Of a DNA stretch of 64,000 nucleotides, positions 27,935-35,957 are shown in pieces (the stretch's first letter is position 1; each line of letters starts with the position of its first letter). The notes under the pieces were generated by a model. The model made no database searches. It worked only from the letters and a program-made list of their open reading frames with translations, and was not told the DNA's origin. Source of the stretch: an uncultured Bdellovibrionales bacterium. GTDB lineage: Bacteria; Patescibacteriota; Minisyncoccia; Moranbacterales; UBA2206. A program made the position numbers and the translations under genes. Where the stretch lies: NCBI GenBank assembly GCA_964387895.1, contig CAYLWX010000004.1, forward strand, positions 5,303-69,302. Reading direction: 5' to 3'.

Positions 27935-29284
27935 TTAAAATGCCGCCTTATTTTGAGACCGTTTTTTTCTTTCCAATAAAAAGAAAGCGCCTGCCCCAAG
28001 AGATACCGCTTGAGAAATGATAAGTATTACCAGTATATCATAAATACTTTTTCCGTACATAAATATTACTCCCATAGTAAATAGCGCCACCGCGAGAAGC
28101 GCGTACGCGATCCTGGTTTTATGCAAAGAAAGCAGATATTGAAAAATAACGTTCGAGAGGGAAAACAACGCCACTGAAACGGCAAACCAGCCAAGATATG
28201 ACGCCACGTCCTGATACTTATCTCCAAAGAGAAGGCCGAGCACCCATTCCGGATACAAAAAATACACCGCCGTAGCCACGAAAGAACTGGCCCCCACAAG
28301 AAATAAAGATGCCAGAAGAATAGTGCGGGAAGAATTTCCTTTATGGTTATTCTCCGCCGACATGGAAAAAAGCACGCTCGCGATAATTCCCGTAGAGAAA
28401 AAAATAATTCTGGATACTACAGTCAACGCGCCGTATTGTCCGGCGGACACCTCGTCCAGGTTACGTTTGGCAAGAATCATATCCGCGTTCCCCAGAATAG
28501 TAATCGCTAAATTTCCCGCGAATACCGGCATTACGTATTTTTTAAGAGAACGAAATTGAATAGTTGTCTTCCCGCTTATCCCGGCTACTGCGTCTTTTTT
28601 GACAAAAATAAATTTAAGCGCCGCCACGGAAGCAATGTAGGCCGCCAAAATACCCAGCGCGAAGCTCCCGATTACTCCGTTTAAACCGAACCCGACGCGT
28701 ACCAGCGCGATACCCGCGACAAGTTTTATGAGCGCTCCCCATACGCCTGTCACGCTTGCTTCTTTAAATTTTTGCCAGCCTCCTAAAATACCCGAATTAA
28801 TCGCGGCAAAAAAAGAAAGAAACATGGAAAGCCAGATTATGATAAGAGAGAAATTATTTTGAATACGTAAAAATCTGCCCATAAAAGGGGTGAGTATGAT
28901 AGCGCCGGCTAAAATAGGCAATCCGTAGACAAAAACTTTTCTGTTGAGATAACGCGATATTTCACGGCTTCCCGCGGTATTATTTTCTGCCTTACCCTCT
29001 GCGGCATATTTCGTGGCAACCATAGACAGCGTTGCCGCCGGAACAGAAATAATCGCGATAAGCGAGATGAGGGATTCCGCCTCTCCGTACACTTCCACGC
29101 TTACATACCTCCCTACCACCAGATGAAACACATAATTCAGCACGCTGCCGACTACCGTTCCGCAAAATAAAACGAAGCTGTTTTTGGCAAACGCTCCATG
29201 AGTTACATATTTTTCTTTCAGAAACAACGCGGACGTTTTTATCATATGCGTATCATACCATATGAGTATAATATATGGTATCAT
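27935..29284 (-). CDS. Polysaccharide/O-unit flippase (Wzx, MOP superfamily)
   Basis: 449 aa, about 12-14 TM helices throughout. It is adjacent to the GtrB-like GT2. The true start may be the internal Met at ~29245. Confidence 0.65.
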   Translation of the reverse strand: MIPYIILIWYDTHMIKTSALFLKEKYVTHGAFAKNSFVLFCGTVVGSVLNYVFHLVVGRYVSVEVYGEAESLISLIAIISVPAATLSMVATKYAAEGKAENNTAGSREISRYLNRKVFVYGLPILAGAIILTPFMGRFLRIQNNFSLIIIWLSMFLSFFAAINSGILGGWQKFKEASVTGVWGALIKLVAGIALVRVGFGLNGVIGSFALGILAAYIASVAALKFIFVKKDAVAGISGKTTIQFRSLKKYVMPVFAGNLAITILGNADMILAKRNLDEVSAGQYGALTVVSRIIFFSTGIIASVLFSMSAENNHKGNSSRTILLASLFLVGASSFVATAVYFLYPEWVLGLLFGDKYQDVASYLGWFAVSVALFSLSNVIFQYLLSLHKTRIAYALLAVALFTMGVIFMYGKSIYDILVILIISQAVSLGAGAFFLLERKKRSQNKAAF

Positions 29285-29294
29285 AATATCAACT

Positions 29295-30827
29295 ATGAAA
29301 AAAATACCAACACACCGCTTGCGTATTTCAAATCGTATCGCGTTATTGATAGGGCTGATTTTTTTCCTGGCGTCTTCTTTAAATTTTTCAAATTATATTT
29401 TTGACCTTAAAGCGGATGAATCCACTCTTCAAGAAGACTACCAATTCTACCAGCAATACAGTCTGTACCTCAAATATCAAAAAAAGCAAAAATACAAAAA
29501 ATACCGAAAATACGCCAGATATAAAGAAGCCTACGCGTTTTCCAGTTCCGAAGAACGCCAGCTATACAAAGACTACCATGCGAAGTATCGCCTTTTTAAA
29601 CAAGACCCAAAAAAGTACGCGAGATACGCGGTCTATTTTAAACAATACAGAAGATACAGCAATTATAAAAAATATTACGAACCCTATAAAAAATACAGTC
29701 GTTATAAAAATTACAAAAAATTTAACAAAAAATCATACGATAAAGGCAAAAATTACAGAGGATCAACGTATAAGGATGGCTATAATCGATATCTGGCGGC
29801 GCAAAAAAGCGCGGCATCCAACCTGGGAGAAGCTGATTTAGGAGGCGGGACTTCGGGACCGGAAATTTCCGTGGGACTCATGTGTTTTTCTTCCAATGGC
29901 ACCAAGACCACCGCCTACAACCATCCCCTCTCTCAAAAATCAGATCAGGACGCGTGTTATTTGAAAAGTAAATTAAAAACCACGCCGCTTCAAATTACCG
30001 CTACGGAAAATTATGCCATCAAAGATAATACGGGTGCGATTATCGCGACAATAGACGGAACGGCAGAAACTTCCTTACTCTACGTGTCCGATGGCGTATT
30101 TAATATCTCTAACTCAACTATAAACACAAATATTTTAAACCAGGTAGAATTTATTGAAGCAGATGGAGGAAATGATATAATTTTTACAGTCAATCCCAGA
30201 AACAACTACAATGAATACCGTGGAAAAATAAAAATAAGCTACTCGACTGATTCTAAGTGGATCTGGGTAGTCAACACGCTTCCATTAGAGCATTATGTCT
30301 GGGGCATGGGGGAAATGACGGGAGAAGGAGCTGACGAGCATGATAAAGTTATGGTAACGGTATTTCGAACGTACGGATATTGGAAAATAAAATTCAGCAC
30401 CAAGTACGCCACTGAAGGATTCAAAGTAACTGCTACTACTTCCAGCCAATTGTATTATGGATATGATTGGGAAAAAAGTTATCCTGATATTAAAAGCGCC
30501 GCTCAAGCCACTGCCGGAAATTTGGTAATGTATCTTAACGGCGGCATCAATGAAATCGCGCTTACCCCCTACAGCTCGTGGACGGACGGAAAAACCAGAA
30601 GCTTTAAAGAACGCTGGGGTTCGACTGATTATCCATGGTGCCAGGCAGTGTCCGATCCATACGGAAAAAACACTACTATGAGTACTTCCGAACTGGAATC
30701 TGCCGGAAATCACATGGTGGGATTAAGCGCCCACGGATCATTGAATCTGGCCACCAATTATGGATGGACATGGGCAGAGATTTTGCGGTATTATTATACG
30801 GGAATAAATTTATTAGACGCGTATTAA
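29295..30827 (+). CDS. SpoIID/LytB-domain protein with signal anchor and Lys/Tyr-rich low-complexity linker
   Basis: The C-terminal ~250 aa match the SpoIID/LytB pattern (VVNTLPLEHYVWGMGEM...CQAVSDPYG). The N-terminal anchor is MKKIPTHRLRISNRIALLIGLIFFLA. Start chosen at the Met at 29295 rather than the ORF-track start at 29262. Confidence 0.65.
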   Translation: MKKIPTHRLRISNRIALLIGLIFFLASSLNFSNYIFDLKADESTLQEDYQFYQQYSLYLKYQKKQKYKKYRKYARYKEAYAFSSSEERQLYKDYHAKYRLFKQDPKKYARYAVYFKQYRRYSNYKKYYEPYKKYSRYKNYKKFNKKSYDKGKNYRGSTYKDGYNRYLAAQKSAASNLGEADLGGGTSGPEISVGLMCFSSNGTKTTAYNHPLSQKSDQDACYLKSKLKTTPLQITATENYAIKDNTGAIIATIDGTAETSLLYVSDGVFNISNSTINTNILNQVEFIEADGGNDIIFTVNPRNNYNEYRGKIKISYSTDSKWIWVVNTLPLEHYVWGMGEMTGEGADEHDKVMVTVFRTYGYWKIKFSTKYATEGFKVTATTSSQLYYGYDWEKSYPDIKSAAQATAGNLVMYLNGGINEIALTPYSSWTDGKTRSFKERWGSTDYPWCQAVSDPYGKNTTMSTSELESAGNHMVGLSAHGSLNLATNYGWTWAEILRYYYTGINLLDAY

Positions 30828-30847
30828 AATAATTCAAAAAGTTTATT

Positions 30848-31402
30848 ATGTTAAAATCATCTAAATTCATTCTGGTTATATTTTCAGTAATCGCCATCGT
30901 AATACTCGGATCAGCCTATAAAATACTAAAGCAACAATACAGCGATGGCATAACTCAAAAAGAAACGCCGGCTCTGGATTATCTCAATCTTGATGAAACA
31001 ACAGAAGATGAAACAAAAGATTCCATAGGCGATTCAGGTTTGGAATTGGAAGAAGAATCAGAACCGGAAGCGAAAGAAGATGCAAATATTAACAACGAAC
31101 TTTATCTTACGGTTACAAACAAAGATTGCGCGGAAAAATGCTCCGCGTTTAAAGAAGACGCGGAAAATTTCAAATATTGCCGTAATTTTTGCGGGTTAAA
31201 TCCGATCAATAAAAAAATAACTTCCTGCGATTCCCTGGAAGAACTGGAAAAAGATTATTGCTTTAAAGACTTGGCAATAACTAAAAAAGATTTTACTGCT
31301 TGCGAAAACATTGTGGATTCTGGTATAAAGAAGACATGTAAGAATAGAGTGACGGAAGAAGTATTAAACGGAAATGAAGATACAACTGAAATAATCAACT
31401 AA
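30848..31402 (+). CDS. Small secreted Cys-rich hypothetical protein
   Basis: 184 aa with signal peptide MLKSSKFILVIFSVIAIVILGSA, an acidic middle and a C-terminal region with about 8 Cys. Confidence 0.45.
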   Translation: MLKSSKFILVIFSVIAIVILGSAYKILKQQYSDGITQKETPALDYLNLDETTEDETKDSIGDSGLELEEESEPEAKEDANINNELYLTVTNKDCAEKCSAFKEDAENFKYCRNFCGLNPINKKITSCDSLEELEKDYCFKDLAITKKDFTACENIVDSGIKKTCKNRVTEEVLNGNEDTTEIIN

Positions 31403-31421
31403 ATAATTCTTAATAATACTA

Positions 31422-31608
31422 GGACTTACGCATTTGACTCTCTCTTGTCATTCCCGTGTAGACGGGAATCCAGGAGAATATCACATATTTATCCTATAAT
31501 AATCCAGTTATAGAGCAAAAAGAAGCTAAATCAACCTTTGTTAGGCATATCGTTTTCTTCGATTAATCCTGGATCCCCGCCTACGCGGGGATGACAAATG
31601 CGTAAGTC
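31422..31608. mobile_element. MITE-like palindromic element, long subfamily (copy B)
   Basis: GACTTACGCATTTG...GTCATTCCCGTGTAGACGGGAATCCAGGAG ... TCCTGGATCCCCGCCTACGCGGGGATGACAAATGCGTAAGTC. The outer 14 bp are exact reverse complements. Ends 14 bp before the UXS start codon. Confidence 0.7.
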
Positions 31609-31622
31609 TTAAATACGTTAAT

Positions 31623-32621
31623 ATGAGAATTCTCGTTACTGGAGGAGCCGGATTCATTGGCTCGCATCTATGCCGCAGATTATTACACGAAGGACACGAC
31701 GTGTTATGCGTGGATAATTTTTTCACCGGAAGCAAAGATAATGTGCTGGATCTCATGGATCATAAAAAATTTGAACTGATGCGGCATGACATCACACTGC
31801 CGCTCTTCGTGGAGGTAGACCAGATATATAATCTCGCCTGTCCCGCGTCTCCTGTGCATTACCAGTTTAATCCCATAAAGACTACCAAGACTTCCATTTA
31901 CGGGGCGTTAAACACTTTGGGATTAGCCAAAAGAGTGAGGGCTACCATATTGCAAGCGTCTACTTCTGAAGTATACGGCGATCCGGAAGTACATCCCCAA
32001 CCAGAATCATATTGGGGAAAAGTAAACCCGATCGGCATACGCTCATGCTATGACGAAGGAAAGAGATGCGCGGAAGCTCTTTTCTTTGATTACTGGCGGC
32101 AACATCAACTACCTGTTCGCGTTGTACGTATATTTAATACCTACGGTCCCAATATGCATCCGCGCGACGGAAGAGTGGTTTCTAATTTTATCGTGCAGGC
32201 GCTTGAAAATAAGGATATTACTATCTACGGAGACGGTTCGCAAACCAGGAGCTTCCAGTACGTAGACGATCTAGTGGAAGGCATGATTCGCATGATGAAT
32301 AATCCCCAGGGGTTCATCGGACCGATAAATTTAGGAAATCCGGGGGAATTTACCATAAAAGAACTGGCAGAAAAAGTATTGCAATTAATTCCAGAAAGCA
32401 AAAGCAACATTATCTACAAGGAGCTGCCGCAAGACGACCCCAAACAAAGACAGCCAGTTATTGACTTAGCCAGGAAAGAATTAAACTGGGAACCAAAAAT
32501 ACACCTGGAAGAAGGACTTGGAAAAACGATTGAATATTTCAGAAAAACACTCTACACTTCTTCCGCGTCCGCTCTCCCGTATGCATATTCTTCCCCTCCT
32601 GTTTCTCTCAGTAAAAACTGA
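31623..32621 (+). CDS. UDP-glucuronate decarboxylase (UDP-xylose synthase, UXS/ArnA-C-like)
   Basis: [38 protein letters not shown]...TSEVYGDP...YDEGKRCAE is the highly characteristic UXS signature. Higher GC than the surrounding glycan genes. Confidence 0.85.
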   Translation: MRILVTGGAGFIGSHLCRRLLHEGHDVLCVDNFFTGSKDNVLDLMDHKKFELMRHDITLPLFVEVDQIYNLACPASPVHYQFNPIKTTKTSIYGALNTLGLAKRVRATILQASTSEVYGDPEVHPQPESYWGKVNPIGIRSCYDEGKRCAEALFFDYWRQHQLPVRVVRIFNTYGPNMHPRDGRVVSNFIVQALENKDITIYGDGSQTRSFQYVDDLVEGMIRMMNNPQGFIGPINLGNPGEFTIKELAEKVLQLIPESKSNIIYKELPQDDPKQRQPVIDLARKELNWEPKIHLEEGLGKTIEYFRKTLYTSSASALPYAYSSPPVSLSKN

Positions 32622-33790
32622 ATATAATCCTTTGAATCATTGTTTCTCTGGACTGTATGATATTGCAAAGAATCCTCTTTTGCTTTTTTTCCTATTTTCT
32701 CCCTTAAGTCAGCATCACCTATAAGCAAGGTAAGGTACTGGTACCATTCCTCGGCATTTCCGGCTAAAAAACCGTTTTTCTGGTGATCCACAGTTCGGAT
32801 AAAAGAATCAGTCGCGGCGGCAATAGTCGGCACCTCCAGAATGCCTGCTTCAAAAAATTTAAGCGCTGATTTAGCCTGGCAAAAGGGATTGTCAATCTCC
32901 AACGGAACAATATTGATGTCACAGCGCAAGATTAATTCAGGTAGCTTCGGAAGCGAGACGAAAGAATGGTATTCCACCTGATCTTTCACTTCGTCAAATA
33001 TTTTACTGAGCTTCAAGTGCCCCACTATCATCAATACCGTGTTTTTATTTTCTTTCAATATCCGGAGTACTACGCTGGAAACCGTTTCAAAGTCATTGTC
33101 ATGGCTCTTGGATCCGGAAAAATAACCAATTCTTATTTTTCCGTCACTGGGACGCAGAAAATCCTTTTGAGCCAGCGCCCTGCGCGCGTCTTCCTGTTGC
33201 CGGACGCCCAGTTTATTTCTGGAAATAAAAATATGTTTCGCGGGATATTTTTTTCTGATCGCCTCAGCTAAATAATGAGTGGAAACAACACAATGAGCTA
33301 CCGATGAATCTTCCAGTAATTCCCGTCCGATACCGTTATCATACCAGCTTTGCTCTTCCCTCCCCATAAACTGGTAGTAATGCATAAAGGGAATATATGC
33401 CGGATCAAAAACTAAATCGTCAGTTTCAAATAAAATAGTTTTCTTTTGCTTTTTTAATTCTGCTATCACATTGCGTACATGCTCATCACATATCGCTCTT
33501 TGGAATATAATGATAGTAAACTTTTTCACGATCCAAAGAAGACTTAAGTTTCCCTGGGAAATCACTTTTGCTCGTATGCCATATTGGGCCAGATCCTCTG
33601 CTTGATTATAACAGCGATATGCGCGCGATCCTCCGGGGCACCCGGAAATATAGAGCACGTCTCCTGATCCGAAGAAAATAATAACCGACAGTTCCCTGGC
33701 ATACCAAAAAATACGCTTTACCAGGCTTATTATTCCCCTCTCCCTATACACCCTGGCTGACATTTTCAAAAGATGGGTTATTTTTTTCAT
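32552..33790 (-). CDS. GT-B fold glycosyltransferase (GT4-like)
   Basis: 412 aa. The C-terminal half has the EX7E-like region typical of GT4. Its start overlaps the ABC ATPase gene by 4 nt; its 3' end overlaps the UXS 3' end convergently. Confidence 0.6.
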   Translation of the reverse strand: MKKITHLLKMSARVYRERGIISLVKRIFWYARELSVIIFFGSGDVLYISGCPGGSRAYRCYNQAEDLAQYGIRAKVISQGNLSLLWIVKKFTIIIFQRAICDEHVRNVIAELKKQKKTILFETDDLVFDPAYIPFMHYYQFMGREEQSWYDNGIGRELLEDSSVAHCVVSTHYLAEAIRKKYPAKHIFISRNKLGVRQQEDARRALAQKDFLRPSDGKIRIGYFSGSKSHDNDFETVSSVVLRILKENKNTVLMIVGHLKLSKIFDEVKDQVEYHSFVSLPKLPELILRCDINIVPLEIDNPFCQAKSALKFFEAGILEVPTIAAATDSFIRTVDHQKNGFLAGNAEEWYQYLTLLIGDADLREKIGKKAKEDSLQYHTVQRNNDSKDYIQFLLRETGGEEYAYGRADAEEV

Positions 33791-34536
33791 GCCTGGTATT
33801 TCTTTAGAATTGCTTTATATTTTTCCACAGCCGAAGCGGTAGGTTCCAGAGTGACTACTTTTCCGTCGTTCAATACCAGCGTTCGCTCGCAAAACTTTTT
33901 CATATTATCCGTATCGTGAGAAACAAACAGCACGGTTTTCCTACCCTTGATGGTATCGAAATAATCATAGCATTTTTTTTGAAAGTTTCCGTCCCCGACC
34001 GCCAGCACTTCATCCATAAGCAGGATATCCCTGTTCGCGTGGATCGCCACGGAAAAAGCTAGCCTCACTTGCATTCCGGAAGAGTAGTTTTTCACTTTCT
34101 GGTCAATAAAACGTTCCAATTCCGAAAACGCCACAATGTCCTGAAATTTCTCTCTGATCTGTTTTTTTGAGAGTCCCAGGATAGTCGCGTTAAGATACAC
34201 GTTATCTTTTCCGGAAAGTTCTCCATTAAATCCGATCCCCAACTCCAGAAAAGGAGAGATCTGTCCGTGTATTTTTACATTTCCTTTATCAGGCTGATAA
34301 ATTCCGGCTAAAATTTTAAGCAAGGTGGATTTTCCCGACCCGTTTCTCCCGATGATGCCAAAAAATTCTCCCCGCTTCACTTCAAATGAAACGCTTTCTA
34401 AAGCCTTGAATTCTTCAAAAGTCTTGCGGGTAAGTAAATTTACAAAAGCCCCCCTCATGGTACTGATTTTTTCATGAGGGAGACGAAAAGTTTTGGAAAG
34501 ATTTTGAACCTGGATAGCAACAGGCAGGGTTTGCAT
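33787..34536 (-). CDS. ABC transporter ATP-binding protein, polysaccharide/teichoic-acid exporter type (Wzt/TagH-like)
   Basis: 249 aa with Walker A GRNGSGKST, ABC signature YSSGMQVRLAF, Walker B LLMDEVLAVGD and an H-loop His. Confidence 0.8.
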   Translation of the reverse strand: MQTLPVAIQVQNLSKTFRLPHEKISTMRGAFVNLLTRKTFEEFKALESVSFEVKRGEFFGIIGRNGSGKSTLLKILAGIYQPDKGNVKIHGQISPFLELGIGFNGELSGKDNVYLNATILGLSKKQIREKFQDIVAFSELERFIDQKVKNYSSGMQVRLAFSVAIHANRDILLMDEVLAVGDGNFQKKCYDYFDTIKGRKTVLFVSHDTDNMKKFCERTLVLNDGKVVTLEPTASAVEKYKAILKKYQA

Positions 34537-34690
34537 ACGCCAAACAAATGCCTTTCCAAAGAAAGACGTCGATATAAATTATTATTCTTATTGTAACATA
34601 TTGAAATCTTTGTACAAACCCGGCAGAGACGCATTAACATACGCCTCCGCTAAATCTAAAAGTCCGCGCGGGAACACAAATTATGTATTC

Positions 34691-35119
34691 CTACAGCTCT
34701 TTAATCAACCCCTTCTTTATCAAGGCATCATGAAGATCATCTGCCAGGAGGCGATCATGAAACTCATCTAAAGTATAATTGTCTTCCATGTGCTTTGCTA
34801 CTTTCACCGCGTGAACTACTCCTTTATGCATTGCCAGTTGGACCAGCTTTTCGATTTTTGCTTCCGCTCCCTGATGCGCGCTGGCAGACTCTGCGTCTGT
34901 AGCCACCGCGTTGCTTTGCTGAGGAACAGGCTGGGTCTGTACTTTAGACAAAATTTTGGCATACGATTCTTCTTTCTCCACTGCTCCTTCTTTTCTTTCC
35001 TGTTTTTGTTCCAGGACAAACTCGCTTCCTGGCTCAGGTTTTGTCTCTAACGTTGTTTCTTTGATAAATTTACCCTTTAGATCTAAATCTTTTTCTTCTA
35101 TGGGTTCCAGATTTGACAT
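34691..35119 (-). CDS. Hypothetical protein
   Basis: The ORF track gives a GTG-initiated ORF from 35137. An ATG at 35119 (MSNLEP...) is the more likely start. Acidic/Lys-rich, no motif recognised. Last gene of the five-gene operon. Confidence 0.4.
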   Translation of the reverse strand: MSNLEPIEEKDLDLKGKFIKETTLETKPEPGSEFVLEQKQERKEGAVEKEESYAKILSKVQTQPVPQQSNAVATDAESASAHQGAEAKIEKLVQLAMHKGVVHAVKVAKHMEDNYTLDEFHDRLLADDLHDALIKKGLIKEL

Positions 35120-35127
35120 AACATTTG

Positions 35128-35605
35128 TCAGAACCACAGATTAACACTGATTGCACTGATTCCACAGATTTATTTTATGTATCTTCTAACCTGTAGACTT
35201 TTTGCACCAAAGTTAATCAGTAATCCTATTTTTACCTTATACGCTTCTATGTAGTTTATGAGTTGAGCAATATTTACTTCTTCCAGCCTGGTAAGTGCTT
35301 TCAATTCTACCATAATATCATTATCCACCAAAAAATCCACTCTCCTCGCTCCAATCACTATGCCTTCATAGGTTATATCCATTTCTTTTTCTCTAGCAAA
35401 ATAAAGCTCTTCTTCTTTAAATTCAATCTCCAGCGCTCTTTGATATATAACTTCTTGAAATCCATTACCTAAAATCCTGTGTACTTTTTGAGCGCATTTT
35501 ATAATTCTCCCGGTAATGTCTGACTTATAATATTTTTTATCCGGATTATCTTCCATAAATAATCAGTGAAATCACGTGTAATCATGTGCGAATCTGTGGT
35601 TCTGA
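35128..35605. mobile_element. Putative mobile cassette: GxxExxY gene bounded by perfect 15-bp terminal inverted repeats
   Basis: TCAGAACCACAGATT at 35128-35142 and its exact reverse complement AATCTGTGGTTCTGA at 35591-35605 flank the GxxExxY ORF. CACTGATT motifs repeat just inside both ends. Confidence 0.5.
35170..35556 (-). CDS. GxxExxY-family protein (PD-(D/E)xK-like fold)
   Basis: 128 aa. GNGFQEVIYQRALEIEF...YEGIVIGARRVDFLVDNDIMVELKA...GLLINFG matches the GxxExxY family signature. Confidence 0.7.
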   Translation of the reverse strand: MEDNPDKKYYKSDITGRIIKCAQKVHRILGNGFQEVIYQRALEIEFKEEELYFAREKEMDITYEGIVIGARRVDFLVDNDIMVELKALTRLEEVNIAQLINYIEAYKVKIGLLINFGAKSLQVRRYIK

Positions 35606-35929
35606 AAGATACACTTTTTCAAACTCCTCCATCGCCTCTTTAATCACTTCCTGCAAATTTTCCACATTTTCTTCCATAAACTTCATGGTTTTTTCCGGAG
35701 TCGAGTTGCTTTCTATAAGCTTATCAAATTCCTTGTATTTATCCGGTTTCATCTTTTGTATAACAGAGAGTGTCATGAAATGGTCAAAACGTCCGTATAA
35801 ATCCATAATCATGTCTGAGAGAATATTAGCCGGCATGCCGCCCATTCCTTTTTTTTCCAAAAGCAATTCAAGATACGTCAATACCTCTTTGTCCGCCTTC
35901 TCAAAATCTATAGTTGGTTTTTTAGGCAT
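35582..35929 (-). CDS. Hypothetical protein
   Basis: 115-aa acidic helical ORF. Its last seven codons (SEPQIRT*) are encoded by the right inverted repeat of the GxxExxY cassette. Confidence 0.4.
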   Translation of the reverse strand: MPKKPTIDFEKADKEVLTYLELLLEKKGMGGMPANILSDMIMDLYGRFDHFMTLSVIQKMKPDKYKEFDKLIESNSTPEKTMKFMEENVENLQEVIKEAMEEFEKVYLSEPQIRT

Positions 35930-35957
35930 ATAGTTGTCTTAATAAATTTACCACGCG

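Noticed and set aside
29401-29841. 146-aa plus-strand ORF overlapping the N-terminal part of the SpoIID/LytB gene
   Set aside because: It is an alternative frame of the Lys/Tyr-rich repeat region, whose AAA/TAC-rich DNA is open in several frames. It has no start context and a T/N/K-biased low-complexity product.
31541-31756. 71-aa minus-strand ORF
   Set aside because: It lies across MITE copy B and the 5' end of the UXS gene on the opposite strand. It is a product of the GC-rich hairpin sequence, not a gene.
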